Below, piece by piece: positions 1 to 10,971 of a DNA stretch of 64,000 nucleotides. The notes below the pieces were generated by a model, which ran no database searches, was not told the DNA's origin, and saw only the letters and a program-made list of their open reading frames with translations. Each line of letters begins with the position of its first letter. Positions within the stretch are counted from its first letter, which is position 1. Origin of the DNA: Bdellovibrionales bacterium (GTDB taxonomy: Bacteria; Bdellovibrionota; Bdellovibrionia; Bdellovibrionales; UBA1609); the NCBI GenBank assembly GCA_965219095.1, contig CBDCMT010000001.1, positions 1,504,001 through 1,568,000 of the forward strand, in the 5' to 3' direction. The position numbers and the translations under genes were made by a program.

Positions 1-327
1 TCTCAAAAGGAGAAAAGATGGCTTTTTAAAACTTTCTGTGACCTTAATGACAGAAAAATTTTAACTCAAATCACAAAAAATTTTCATCATTTAATTGATG
101 TGGTTTGCTTTATAGGAAAGAAAGAATCTTCAGGGACAAGTATTTTTATAGCCACAAAGGAAGGTTTGCCTGATAATTTAACAGCTCAATATCTTTTAAG
201 GGAAGTCGTTTTAAAACATTTCAGGGGCCAAGGAGGTGGAAGAATTGGTTTTTGCCAAGGTCTTCTTACAGATCATTTTCAATCAGAAGAGCTCAAAGCT
301 CTTTTAGAAAACCACCTTTCATCATGA
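1..327 (+). CDS. alaS: 3' end of probable alanine-tRNA ligase (DHHA1 domain), partial
   Basis: Frame is open from base 1; C-terminal RGQGGGRIGFCQG resembles the DHHA1 GGGG...AQG motif; stop overlaps the mutY ATG (ATGA). Confidence 0.6.
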   Translation, partial: SQKEKRWLFKTFCDLNDRKILTQITKNFHHLIDVVCFIGKKESSGTSIFIATKEGLPDNLTAQYLLREVVLKHFRGQGGGRIGFCQGLLTDHFQSEELKALLENHLSS

Positions 328-1313
328 AATACAAAGCTTCTTTTTTTGTAAGGGAAAAGCTTCTTTCATGGTATGAGAAACATCACAGATCTCTTCCTTG
401 GAGAGAGACAAAGGATCCTTATAAGATTTGGGTTTCTGAGACGATGTTACAACAAACTGTGAGTGAAACAGTCAAGCCTTATTATAAAAGGTTTTTAAAG
501 CGATTTCCCACTCTAAAAGATTTGTCTCAATCTGATTTGTCTGATGTTTTCGAAATGTGGGCAGGTTTAGGTTACTATAGCCGTGCAGAGAGGCTAAGAA
601 CTTCAGCTCAGATTATGGAGAAACTCAAAAACTTTCCTAGAACGTACAAAGAGCTTATATCTCTTCCCGGCTTAGGGGACTATACGGCACGGGCTGTTTC
701 AAGCTTGGCTTTCAATGAACCTGTAGGTGTGGTTGATAGCAATGTGATAAGAGTTCTTTCACGATTTTTTAATCTTAACAAATCTCCTTGGACCTCTGTG
801 GGAAAAAAGTTATTTCAAGATTGTTCTGATTCTTGGGTTCAAGGGTTTTTTAGTTCTCTGATGAATCAAGCTCTTATGGAATTAGGAGCTACAATTTGTT
901 CTCCTAAAAACCCCTCTTGTCTTTATTGCCCCCTAAGATCTTATTGTAAGGGATTTAAAAACAACACCCACCTTAAACTTCCTAAAAAAAGAAAGACGAT
1001 AGCTATAGAGTGTTGGAGCTGGTCTCCTTGTCTTATTGTGAGAAAAAGAAAGCTTGCTTTTTTGAAAAACAAGACAGCACCTTTTTTAAAAGGAAGATGG
1101 ATTTTCCCCGGTCCTTTTAAAAAACTCAAAAAAAAACCTTTACAGTACGACTTTCAACACAGCATTACACATCATAAAATCTTTATCACCATAAAAAAAG
1201 AGTTTGATAAAAAAGATTTAAAAAAAATACAGTGGTTTCCTATATCTAAAATACGAAAAATAAACCCTAGTTCTTTAATCCAAAAAATATGGCAGTTAGA
1301 GAAATCTTTATAG
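324..1313 (+). CDS. mutY: A/G-specific adenine glycosylase
   Basis: WVSETMLQQT, WAGLGYYSRA, HhH motif LPGLGDYTA, VDSNV, Fe-S motif CSPKNPSCLYCPLRSYC. ATG at 324 preferred over the track start at 252. Confidence 0.93.
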   Translation: MKYKASFFVREKLLSWYEKHHRSLPWRETKDPYKIWVSETMLQQTVSETVKPYYKRFLKRFPTLKDLSQSDLSDVFEMWAGLGYYSRAERLRTSAQIMEKLKNFPRTYKELISLPGLGDYTARAVSSLAFNEPVGVVDSNVIRVLSRFFNLNKSPWTSVGKKLFQDCSDSWVQGFFSSLMNQALMELGATICSPKNPSCLYCPLRSYCKGFKNNTHLKLPKKRKTIAIECWSWSPCLIVRKRKLAFLKNKTAPFLKGRWIFPGPFKKLKKKPLQYDFQHSITHHKIFITIKKEFDKKDLKKIQWFPISKIRKINPSSLIQKIWQLEKSL

Positions 1314-1347
1314 ACTAAAGACCAGAATTTTTTAGTCCTTTGTCCTA

Positions 1348-1375
1348 TGTAGTTTAAAAAAATTTTTTCCGATAT
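1348..1375 (+). promoter_or_regulatory. possible sigma-28 (FliA)-type promoter
   Basis: TGTAGTTT-N12-TCCGATAT compared with consensus TAAAGTTT-N11-GCCGATAA, just upstream of SD AAAGGAG and the ATG at 1403. Confidence 0.3.
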
Positions 1376-1402
1376 GAGTGAAAAGGAGTTTTTTACTTAA
1401 CT

Positions 1403-3340
1403 ATGAAAATTATGCTAAAAACAATCCTACTTTTAGCAAGCTTGTTCTTATTCTCTTGTTCTGAGAGTCAATTTTCATCTCCAAGATCAAGGGTGAATAC
1501 GTTCTTCAACAAAGGTTCTAGAAAAGCTTCTTACGGTGGAGAGTTCAAGGATGTGGCTGTAAGAGAGGATTATATGTATCTTGCTAAAGGGGTTGCTGGT
1601 ATAGAGATATATGACTTTCATGATAAGAAAAACCCTTATTATGTTTCAAACCTTCATTTCTCCGAATCTGTCCATAAGGTACAAGTTTATAAGGACCATC
1701 TTTATGCTCTGTTAGATCAGAAGATACAACTTATCGATGTTTCTGACAAAAAAAATCCGAAAAAAACTAAAATTGCTGAAGGTTTTTTGTCTTCAAATGC
1801 AAAGCTCGTAGACTTTTATGTTTTATCCTCTAGTAAAATTTATGTTATATCAAATAAAAGAAATTTTTTTGTTATCGACTTTAAGAAGATGGGGTTTCAA
1901 AATAGGCCTACAGTCCAAAGTTATACAGTGCATCTGCCAGGGCTGAGTGGATTTCAGCTTTATGATATGGAAGTATTTGACGGTGATATTTACTTTGCAG
2001 CAGGTACTGCAGGAGTCATCCGTGGAGTGTGGCAGAATTCTCATAAACTAAACTACCAACAAGTTTATTCTTATAAAAATGAGAAGTTTTATGACATTGA
2101 CCTTATAAAGGATAGAATGGCTTGTGCTACAAATAGAGGATTACATTATCTAAATACAAAAAAACTACCATTTAAAAAAATTGATATTTTTAGAACAAAA
2201 GGCATAGCAACAAAAGTTTATCTCCATAAAAATGGGAAAAGGCTTTATATTAACGATTCAGAAGATGGTTATAGTAAATTTGCTCTTAATGCCTTTTCTT
2301 CTAATAAAGCTTTATGGCTTTTTAGCGACAAGCCCCATGATGTGCAAGGGTTTGTTGGGGTTTCCTCTAATAAAAATGAATTGATTCTTTTTGGTCGCAA
2401 TGAATTATCTTTATTAGAAGATGATTCTGTGAGACTTCTAAGTGTTCTGATTTCTTTAGAAAATGTTTATAGTCCCTATTACTCTTCATCTTCTCAACGC
2501 TACCTTCTTTCCACTAAATATAAGAGAGATGATGGTAGAATTTATGAAATGTCTTTACGAACAGGAAGAATCTATGGCTATACTCATACAAAGTCCATCT
2601 CTTATGATGTAGCTTTAAATCATGAAGGGAATCTTTTTGTGGCTGAAGATGATCGTGGCCTAACCCTTTATAAATCAAACACTGACATTCGTCTTTATAA
2701 GTACCAAACAGGTTTTAACTCTCAAAAACTTTTATGGTTGTCACCCGAACACCTTGTGATAGCAGGATGGTCTTCCTCAAACCGTTATGTAATAAAATTT
2801 TTAAATATAGAAAAGCCATTTTCTTATTATGAAGAAAGGAATCTTTCTTCTGGTGATGCTCAGAGCATTGATCTTCTTTCTGATGGGGACTATTTTTATG
2901 TGGCTTTAGGTAAAACACTATATATTTATGAATTTCCTAGATTTAATGACAATGAATTTAGAAGATCTTTATCTGAAGTGGTTTTAGAAAAGAATATTAT
3001 ATCGATCAGAATCAAGGGTACATATTTGTATGCCACTTATGAAGATGGGTTTTCGATAATTTCTTTAAAAGATAAAGAAGAGCCTGAAATCTCACAGACT
3101 GTTACCAGCAATGAAATTTCAGGAATTAGGGCAGATATCTATGGCTCAGAACTTTTTCTTGTAGGAAGAGAGGGAGTTCTTATCTATAATCTTTTTGGAA
3201 GTACCTCATCTTTTTCCAAGAAAATAACCCCTCCCTTTTTAAGAGGTTCAGGGGATATTCTTTCAGTTATTGTAGATGCCGAAGATTTATACATCTCCCA
3301 TGAAACGAAAGGATTTTTAAGATTCAATTACAAAAAATAA
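1403..3340 (+). CDS. LVIVD-repeat beta-propeller lipoprotein
   Basis: Lipobox LFSC; repeats such as DVAVREDYMYLAKGVAGIEIYDFHDKKNP, KVQVYKDHLYA..IQLIDVSDKKNP and IRIKGTYLYA..GFSIISLKDKEEP. Confidence 0.75.
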   Translation: MKIMLKTILLLASLFLFSCSESQFSSPRSRVNTFFNKGSRKASYGGEFKDVAVREDYMYLAKGVAGIEIYDFHDKKNPYYVSNLHFSESVHKVQVYKDHLYALLDQKIQLIDVSDKKNPKKTKIAEGFLSSNAKLVDFYVLSSSKIYVISNKRNFFVIDFKKMGFQNRPTVQSYTVHLPGLSGFQLYDMEVFDGDIYFAAGTAGVIRGVWQNSHKLNYQQVYSYKNEKFYDIDLIKDRMACATNRGLHYLNTKKLPFKKIDIFRTKGIATKVYLHKNGKRLYINDSEDGYSKFALNAFSSNKALWLFSDKPHDVQGFVGVSSNKNELILFGRNELSLLEDDSVRLLSVLISLENVYSPYYSSSSQRYLLSTKYKRDDGRIYEMSLRTGRIYGYTHTKSISYDVALNHEGNLFVAEDDRGLTLYKSNTDIRLYKYQTGFNSQKLLWLSPEHLVIAGWSSSNRYVIKFLNIEKPFSYYEERNLSSGDAQSIDLLSDGDYFYVALGKTLYIYEFPRFNDNEFRRSLSEVVLEKNIISIRIKGTYLYATYEDGFSIISLKDKEEPEISQTVTSNEISGIRADIYGSELFLVGREGVLIYNLFGSTSSFSKKITPPFLRGSGDILSVIVDAEDLYISHETKGFLRFNYKK

Positions 3341-3378
3341 AATAAAAAATTAAAAATCTGTTTCTTAAGACACAACTA

Positions 3379-3407
3379 AAGCCTCTCTTTTAAAACAAGA
3401 GAGGCTT
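3379..3407. terminator. bidirectional intrinsic terminator
   Basis: AAGCCTCTCTT-ttaaaac-AAGAGAGGCTT hairpin between convergent genes. Confidence 0.75.
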
Positions 3408-3425
3408 CTAAAATTTCAAAAGAAA

Positions 3426-3965
3426 TTAATAAAAATGTACTTTTCTATCTATTCTAACTAAGATTCTGCCCATTCTTCGAATTTGATCGTTACGGTAAGC
3501 TCTTAAAGCGTTGTTTATCATTCTTCTCATATTGTGTTTAAACATAAATTTTTGTGAGAATTCAATATTCTCTCTCATTCGTCTTAAGATCCGAGCTGTT
3601 TTATTATAGAGTCCTCGATTAAAAGTACCCAAAGCTTTATGTGCCATACGATGTAATTCTCCTTTCAAATTCGATCTTTCTCTTCCTCTTCTACGTACAC
3701 CTGAGTGTTCGAAACAGTCTATAACATTGTGGTACCACTCAAAACTTTCACAGTTACGAACCTCTCGTTTCGTATACTCTTTCCCCCGTATAGCATTTTT
3801 GCACTCAGACTCCCAATATCCTGAAAGCCCAGAAAGACTTTTGCAAATCCTCAAAGCTTTTCTATCATATTGGCCGTCATTCCTTCTGTCAGAATCTCTA
3901 GAATGAGCTTCAGTCAAAACTGAGAATCCCATTAAGAGAAACCATATTAAGAATATTTTTTTCAT
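3426..3965 (-). CDS. secreted Arg-rich hypothetical protein
   Basis: Signal peptide MKKIFLIWFLLMGFSVLTEA, SD AAGGGGG, 4 Cys, two helical repeats at the C-terminus. Confidence 0.7.
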   Translation of the reverse strand: MKKIFLIWFLLMGFSVLTEAHSRDSDRRNDGQYDRKALRICKSLSGLSGYWESECKNAIRGKEYTKREVRNCESFEWYHNVIDCFEHSGVRRRGRERSNLKGELHRMAHKALGTFNRGLYNKTARILRRMRENIEFSQKFMFKHNMRRMINNALRAYRNDQIRRMGRILVRIDRKVHFY

Positions 3966-4467
3966 AACTTTTTCCCCCTTCTTTTTTTATTTTTCTGAAC
4001 TTTAGTTCTGCAGAGCCTTCCCCTGCTTATTTGTTAGTTTAAATATTGAATTATAAAATTGTCAAACATCCAAGCATCAGTAAAAACATGACAATATGCA
4101 TAAAAAATAACCAACTTAAATTTTTTTAGCTCATTTCACTTCAGAGAGCAAGTAAACTCTTCATAATAAGAAAAACTTTTAGGAAATAAAAAAATAAAAA
4201 TTAGATCCATTCAATGTCGTGTTATAAATTATTTTATACAATTTATAAATTTTTTGAATAAAGCGCTTGCTGGTAACAAGTGTTTCTACGTTTTTTAGAT
4301 TTAAGGACTAAATAGAAGCAAACACCTAAAACTTTCGTAAGGGTTTTAGAAAAATAATTTGCTAAGGAACACAAGTTTTGACTTTTATATACTGTTTAAA
4401 AGCCTTTGTTCTTGAGCTTTAAGCTGAAGGGAGGGTTTTTTAGGTTTTAAGTAAGGTAAGAGATGAG

Positions 4468-4635
4468 GGTATCTAAAAGACTACTGACAAGATTTTATGG
4501 ATTGCGATGGCGAGAGTGCTCAAGGTGAAACTCTCCTTTTAACACTCCCATCACTGACCTCTACAACAGAACGTTTTTTCAACATCGACTTGTCAAACTA
4601 AGGGAATCAATTTGTTCTCCATATTTAATTTGATG
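4468..4635 (-). pseudogene. IS982-family transposase 3' remnant
   Basis: Homologous to 58180-58350; minus strand encodes ...LEHSRHR...; cut by IS66. Confidence 0.65.
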
Positions 4636-6168
4636 GTAACTGCTCACCTACATTGTTCAGTTATCCCTAACTTTAGACCTGTTTTAAGATAAAAGTCTTG
4701 CTCTTACAGATTTTCTTTTAAATACTTTTTTCAAATGACAATAAATAAGACCTCCATCAGAAATGAGATTAAAAATATAAGAAGTGACTTTGATAAGTTT
4801 GCAAAGAAAGGTTCTGTGCCTACTGAGATTTCTGTGATTGTTGAATCTCTCTTTAAGGTTGTGAACATTCTGATTGTTGTGCTTTTAGAAAAACAGGTTC
4901 GAAAAAATTCCAGCAACAGCGGTCTTCCTCCTTCGCAAGATTTTAGTCGTCAAGGGAATCGTAATAAGAAAGCTAGTGGGAGTCAAAAAAAGGGCTCTAG
5001 ACTTGATAACAGTAAAGATACAAACAGTGAGGAGACTGTCTCTCCCTCAGAGTGTTCTCAGTGTGGGATGTGTTTAAAGACAGCAGAGGTAAAAAGCCTT
5101 GAAAAGCGTAAAAAGATTGATATTTTTTATGAAATTCAGACCCATACTGTAACTTCTGAGGTTAAGGATTGTCCCTCATGTGGAGCTAGAAATAAAGGTC
5201 AATTCCCTAAAGGTATGAGTGGTCCTCTTCAGTATGGTGTAGGCATTAGAGCTTCCATCATCAATTTCATTATAGTTCAGATGCTGTCTTTTAGAGCGTG
5301 TTGGGGAACATTACATGGGGCTTATAGGTCGAATGATTTCTCCTGCAGTTATGTTGAGATACATTGCTGAATTAGGAGAGTTTCTTAAAAGTTGGGAAGA
5401 GCAGATGAAAGAAAAGATACTTGAATCAGAGGTCATTCATGTTGATGAGACCTCTATGAGGGTTAAGGGTAAAAACTACTGGATTCATACTTATAGTTCA
5501 GGAGAATTAGTCTTGCAGTTTCTACACCTTTCAGGTGGAAGGGAAGCCATAAAAGATATTGGTCTCTTGGATAGATATACAGGAGTGCTTGTGCATGATT
5601 GTTGGAGTCCTTACTTTTGTTATGATAAGATAACTCATGCTTTGTGTGTGGCTCACCTTTTGAGAGAGCTTAAATTTATAGAAGAAAGCAATGGATTCAA
5701 ATGGGCTACAAATCTCAAAAAACTTCTTAAAGAGACTGTGGAGTTAGTTCATAAAAAAGAGTCAAGAGTTCTGACTCAAAAAGAGTACGAAACTCTTCAG
5801 AGAAGGTATAGGAGTATTCTTACAAAAGGCTTAAAAGAGCTTCCAGAATTTCCTAAGAAAAATGGCAAGAAAGGACGAATAAAGCATACACAAGCTCAAA
5901 ACCTTTGGCTGCGATTTAAAAAGTATGAAGCAGAAATACTGTGCTTTGCTAAAAGAAAGAACGTAGATCCTACTAATAACAGAGCTGAAAGAGATCTAAG
6001 AATGACTAAAGTGAAAAAGAAAGTGTCAGGGTGTTTCAGAACAGAAGAAATGGCGAAATATTTTTGTCGCATTACCAGCTATGTTAAAACAATGAGAAAT
6101 AGAGGGTATTCTTCTTTAGAAGCTATCTCTATGGCTTTAAATAAAAACTTACGAGAGTGAGCAGTTAC
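4636..6168 (+). mobile_element. IS66-family (ISBst12-like) element, copy 1; transposase split into 4735-5370 and 5315-6160
   Basis: TIR GTAACTGCTCAC...GTGAGCAGTTAC; motifs KNSSNSGLPPS, CxxC zinc finger, HVDET, HDCW, CVAHLLREL, TNNRAERDLR; no matching target duplication. Confidence 0.92.
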
Positions 6169-7210
6169 CCTTTAAGCTGATCAAGTGTTCTAAATAACTC
6201 CTTTTTAGTAACTTTTTTGTATAACTTTTCTTGATTCATAATTTTATCAATATGAGAAATTAAAATCAAAAATAAAAAGTTTATAAAAACACTTCCCTTC
6301 ATTGAAGTGGATGATTTTACCCTACTTCTTTTTTCAAGAATATCGTGCTTAAAAGATCTAAATAATCTTTCTATCCCATCTCTACTGCGATAAAGCGATA
6401 ACACATCCTTCCGATCTAAGCTCCTTTCATTTGTAATAAAAATAAACTTTCCCATTTGCATAACTGCCTCTTTGAGGAAAACTTCATCTCTTTCTATAGT
6501 AACCCTTTTATTTCTCTTTTTTACTTTAAAGAATCTTCTCTTTGACTTCATTGTTTCTTTAATATATTCTTCAGCACTTATTTCATCTTTAAAACCCTTC
6601 TCTGAGAAAATTGATTCCAAATATGACATCTTTCTTATCAACAAGCTCTCCTCCCTTGCTCTTCTTTCTTTATCTAAAAAAATATGTGCTACACACATAA
6701 CTCCATTTATTTCTACCTTAGTCCTTACATGAGAATAAACATTTTCATTGTATAAAAAAGAGCAAATAGGTTTACTGATTTCTTCATCAAAATCATAAAC
6801 TAATTGTTTTGCTTTTCGTGTTGTAAAGACCAGTGGTAGGAGGAATTTTAGCCCTTTGTTATTCATCTCTCGTATATTTTCCTTGCTATAAAAACCTCTA
6901 TCCATAACAAAATAATTAACATTAAGTTTATAGTACTTAATCAGTTTAATGAAGTTAAAACAATTTTGCCTGTTTTTTCATCCTTGCATCCAAGATAAGT
7001 TCTTTTTTGTCTTGCTTGTTGTTTGGATTTATCCAAAAACTCTTGACTTCATAAACGTAAATTTTTCCTTTAATTTTTTGCTCGACTCTGTAGCTCATAG
7101 ATAACCATGAAAAAAGGGATTGCAAGAAAAAAATTTAAAAAAATCACCGTATTTTTAAGCACTTACAAGATTTTGTCAAAATCCTAGTTATAACTTAGTG
7201 GGATTTTAGG
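6169..7210 (-). mobile_element. IS1634-family element, internally deleted and 3'-truncated by IS66
   Basis: N-terminal remnant from ATG 7098 (..YVYEVKSFWDKSKQQARQKRTYLG), then MDRGFYS, GKFIFITN, YRSRDGIERLFRSFK; end CCTAAAATCCCACTAAG at 7210. Confidence 0.8.
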
Positions 7211-7290
7211 TTACAAAAGCTTTCCCTGTACTAACGGAACGTGTTATAAATAGAAAAGTTCCTTTATATCAGTAACTTATGATAAATTAT

Positions 7291-7319
7291 TTGCTTTTTT
7301 TCATGGATTTTTATATAAT
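7291..7319 (+). promoter_or_regulatory. sigma-70 promoter of the mraY operon
   Basis: TTGCTT-17 bp-TATAAT, ending 15 nt before the ATG. Confidence 0.6.
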
Positions 7320-7334
7320 TTAAACTTAAAGATT

Positions 7335-8411
7335 ATGATATATCAGTGGCTTTTTGACTTTTCAGATAATTATTCTTTTTTCTATGTTTTTCGTTACATT
7401 ACATTTCGATCTTTTCTAAGCTTTATAACGGCCTTTATTATTTGCCTTGTTTTAGGACCCTCTTTAATTCAAAAACTCAATTACAAAAAAATAAAACAAA
7501 AAATTAAGATTTTTATTCCCGAAGGTCACAAGAAAAAAATAGGAATCCCTACTTCAGGAGGACTTCTTATTTTTCTCTCTATTTTTACGACATCTTTTTT
7601 TTGGTTTGAACTTTCGAACCCCTTAGTTCTAAGTGCATTTATAATTTTTTTAAGCTTCGCTTTAGTAGGTTATTTAGATGATAGAGTTCTCCTTTACAGT
7701 CAGTCAGGAAAAGGGCTTTCCGGAAAAATAAGACTTTGTTTTGAATTTCTCATAACCATTGCCATTCTTTCTTCCTTGTACACATCTGATCACCTCAATA
7801 CGAACCTCTATGTTCCTTTTCTAAAAGATGTAGAATGGTCTTTGGGGTGGCTTTATATTATTTTTGGTTCTTTTGTGATTGTAGGTTCAGCTAATGCTGT
7901 TAATCTCACAGACGGTCTTGATGGACTGGCTATTTTTCCTGTTATCATTTGTTCTTTAACTTTAGGAATCTTTTCTTATTTAAGTGGTCATTTTAATTTA
8001 GCTAGTTATTTGGGGATTCCTTTTATAGAAGGTTCAGGAGAGCTAGCTCCTTTTTGTTTAGCTGTAGCAGCAGGGGGTTTAGGTTTTTTGTGGTTCAATG
8101 CTTATCCTGCACAGGTTTTTATGGGAGATACGGGAAGTTTGAGTTTAGGAGCTTTTTTAGGAACTGTAGCTGTTTTTTCGAAAAATGAACTTCTTTTGAT
8201 TTTATTAGGGGGCCTTTTTGTAGTAGAGACTGTTTCTGTGATTTTACAAGTCCTATCTTTCCAGCTGACAGGGAAACGTCTTTTTAAGATGGCACCCTTG
8301 CATCATCATTTTGAGCTTAAAGGATTTCCTGAAAACAAAATTATTGTTAGGTTTTGGATCGTATCTATTTTATTAGCTGTATTAAGTTTGAGTACTTTAA
8401 AATTAAGATAA
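7335..8411 (+). CDS. mraY: phospho-N-acetylmuramoyl-pentapeptide transferase
   Basis: GYLDD, NAVNLTDGLDGLA, VFMGDTGSL, MAPLHHHFE. Confidence 0.97.
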   Translation: MIYQWLFDFSDNYSFFYVFRYITFRSFLSFITAFIICLVLGPSLIQKLNYKKIKQKIKIFIPEGHKKKIGIPTSGGLLIFLSIFTTSFFWFELSNPLVLSAFIIFLSFALVGYLDDRVLLYSQSGKGLSGKIRLCFEFLITIAILSSLYTSDHLNTNLYVPFLKDVEWSLGWLYIIFGSFVIVGSANAVNLTDGLDGLAIFPVIICSLTLGIFSYLSGHFNLASYLGIPFIEGSGELAPFCLAVAAGGLGFLWFNAYPAQVFMGDTGSLSLGAFLGTVAVFSKNELLLILLGGLFVVETVSVILQVLSFQLTGKRLFKMAPLHHHFELKGFPENKIIVRFWIVSILLAVLSLSTLKLR

Positions 8412-8431
8412 ATTAGGAAGGAGATAATATT

Positions 8432-9835
8432 ATGAGAGACATAAATGAATTACGTGGTAAAAAAATTATGGTTGTAGGCTTAGGGAAGACTGGTTTTGCT
8501 CTTTCTAAGTTTCTTATAAGGTGTGGGGCTGATGTCACTATAAGTGATCATAAATCTAAAGCAGAGCTTTTAGGTGTTCTAGAAGATCTGGAGGGTTTGA
8601 ATGTGAACTATGATTTAAGTGGTCACACTCCTAAGCTTCTTTTTAGCCAAGAGATTGTTATTTTAAGCCCAGGAGTATCTCCTCAATTAAAGATTTTTGA
8701 ATATGCCAAAAGATATGGAGTTCATATAACAGGAGAACTTGAGTTCGTTTCTCAGTACATTGATGTTCCCATTATTGCTGTTACAGGAACTAATGGAAAG
8801 ACAACTGTAAGTACTTTGATTTATAAATTCCTTAATGCTTCAGGTATTAAAACATGGATGGGAGGCGGTGAAGAGCCTTTAAGTGCTTATTTCAGCCAAG
8901 ACGAACCATGTAAAGTTGTGGTGGTGGAAACCTCAAGCTTCCAGCTTGAGCATTGTGAAACATTGGAACCTCATAATATTGTGTTTACAAATCTTTCTGA
9001 AAATCACCTTGATCGCTACCGAACTATGGAGAGATATATCAATGCCAAAAGAAGAATCTTTAAAAACGTAAGTCATGACGTGTCCAGTATTTTGAATGCT
9101 GATGATAGTGCTGTAGTCGAGCTAGCTAGGGATCCTTCCATCTATCAAAGGTGTCGTTTATTTTATTTTTCTAGGCAAAGACATTTACGAGAACAAGTTA
9201 TGAAAATAGGGGGAGCTATTTTAAGTCATAATGATATTCACGTACGTAGAGAACAGAAACCTCGTATAGAGAAGTTCTCTTTAGAAAAGGTTAAACTCAA
9301 GGGAAGGCATTCTTGCGAAAACATTATGGCTAGTATTTTAGCAGCTAAAGAACAGGGAGCAAAGGATGAAGCCATTCAACAAGTGATGGACAATTTTATA
9401 GGCCTTCCCCATCGTCTTGAGTACATAGGAAGAATTAATGGTGTTTATTTTTATAACGATTCGAAATCTACAAATGTCCAATCTGTAGTAAGTGCTCTTG
9501 AGGCCATAGGGGAGGATATCATTCTTATTATGGGGGGAAAGGATACAGGGTTTAACTATGATCCTTTGAGTGATTTGGTGAAAAAGAAAGTAAAAACTCT
9601 CTTTCTCATAGGTGAAGCAAAGGAAAAAATCAATCGTTATATTGGTAATTCTACAGAAACTTTTCTTATCGGTACATTTGAAGAAGCTGTTGTTGTTGCT
9701 TACCAAAAGTCCCGTATTGGAGATAAAGTTTTATTATCTCCCGGGTGTTCTAGTCTGGATCTCTTTGACAGTTATAAAGAAAGAGGCAATTATTTTAGAG
9801 AGATAGTAGGAAAATTTCGTAAGAAAAAGGTTTAA
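8432..9835 (+). CDS. murD: UDP-MurNAc-L-Ala-D-Glu ligase
   Basis: GLGKTG, SPGV, TGTNGKTT, ETSSFQLE, HLDRY, NDSKSTN, LLSPGCSS; dcw gene order. Confidence 0.96.
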   Translation: MRDINELRGKKIMVVGLGKTGFALSKFLIRCGADVTISDHKSKAELLGVLEDLEGLNVNYDLSGHTPKLLFSQEIVILSPGVSPQLKIFEYAKRYGVHITGELEFVSQYIDVPIIAVTGTNGKTTVSTLIYKFLNASGIKTWMGGGEEPLSAYFSQDEPCKVVVVETSSFQLEHCETLEPHNIVFTNLSENHLDRYRTMERYINAKRRIFKNVSHDVSSILNADDSAVVELARDPSIYQRCRLFYFSRQRHLREQVMKIGGAILSHNDIHVRREQKPRIEKFSLEKVKLKGRHSCENIMASILAAKEQGAKDEAIQQVMDNFIGLPHRLEYIGRINGVYFYNDSKSTNVQSVVSALEAIGEDIILIMGGKDTGFNYDPLSDLVKKKVKTLFLIGEAKEKINRYIGNSTETFLIGTFEEAVVVAYQKSRIGDKVLLSPGCSSLDLFDSYKERGNYFREIVGKFRKKKV

Positions 9836-9840
9836 AAATT

Positions 9841-10971
9841 TTGCAAAAATACAAACTTGACCGATTTATAGCCCTTTTTGTCTTATTTTTTGTAGGCTTT
9901 GGTTTAGTTCAGCTTTATAGTGCAAGCTTCATTTACTCTTCAGAATACTATGGAAACGGAAACTACTTTTTTTCAAGACAGCTTTTTTTTGGAAGCTTAG
10001 GTCTTCTTGTTTTGCTTCTTACTTCAAGATTCCCTTGGGCTTTTTGGGAAAGATTAGGTCTTTTCGTATGTGGGTTGTCAGTACTTCTTTTATTTATGAC
10101 TTATATTCCTGAGATTAGCTTTTCGGCAGGAGGAGCTCGTCGTTGGTTAAAAACACCTTTCTTTTTTCGTATAGAGCCTTCTGAGCTCTTTAAAGCCTCT
10201 CTTCCTTTTTTAATAGCTTTTTTTGTGACTGATAGAGATCGTTTGTTAAACAACAAAAAGTTTGTATTAAGGATTTTGTGTTTTTTAGTCCCTCTTATTT
10301 TGCTTTTAAAACAACCTGACTTTGGCTCTTTTTTTATAAGCACTCTTATTATTTTTATCACATTTTTTGTTTTTGGCATGAAATGGCGTTGGGTTTTTCT
10401 TTCGATAACTGCCTTAAGTTTAAGTACTTTATTTCTTATTATTTCTTCCCCTTATCGGTATGAACGAGTCAGACTTTTTTTAAATCCATGGCTTTCTCCT
10501 TTAGATGAAGGCTTCCAAGTGATTCAAAGTTTTTTAAGCTTTCATTTAGGTGGCTTTTGGGGTGTGGGTTTAGGAAACGGTCAAAGTAAATTGTTTTTTC
10601 TTCCAGAAGCCCATACAGATTTTATTTTTTCTGTTTTTGCAGAGGAATGGGGCTTTATAGGAGTTTTTTCTGCCATTCTCATAATTCTCTTATTTATTTA
10701 CATGGGGTTTATGATTATTGAAAACACAAAAGAACCGTTCAGAAAGACTGTAGCTTTAGGGATTATGCTTAATTTTTCTTTGACTGTCCTTATTAACATA
10801 GGTGTTGTAACAGGGCTACTACCTACAAAGGGTCTTGTGTTTCCCTTTTTAAGCTACGGAGGAAGTTCTTTGGTGAGTTTTTGTTGGTCTATGGGTCTTC
10901 TTATGGGAATTGAAAGACACAACAGGCTTATTTTTACTAAAAAAAAGAAGGTCTTAAAAAGAGTTTATTGA
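9841..10971 (+). CDS. ftsW: peptidoglycan glycosyltransferase FtsW
   Basis: GARRW, QPDFG, FLPEAHTDFIF, EEWG, PFLSYGGSS; lies between murD and murG. Confidence 0.95.
   Translation: MQKYKLDRFIALFVLFFVGFGLVQLYSASFIYSSEYYGNGNYFFSRQLFFGSLGLLVLLLTSRFPWAFWERLGLFVCGLSVLLLFMTYIPEISFSAGGARRWLKTPFFFRIEPSELFKASLPFLIAFFVTDRDRLLNNKKFVLRILCFLVPLILLLKQPDFGSFFISTLIIFITFFVFGMKWRWVFLSITALSLSTLFLIISSPYRYERVRLFLNPWLSPLDEGFQVIQSFLSFHLGGFWGVGLGNGQSKLFFLPEAHTDFIFSVFAEEWGFIGVFSAILIILLFIYMGFMIIENTKEPFRKTVALGIMLNFSLTVLINIGVVTGLLPTKGLVFPFLSYGGSSLVSFCWSMGLLMGIERHNRLIFTKKKKVLKRVY

Noticed and set aside
4731..4916. Recurrent antisense ORFs in IS66 and IS3 copies, and other short shadow ORFs inside core genes
   Set aside because: They recur only because the IS is repeated; no SD, motif or independent support.
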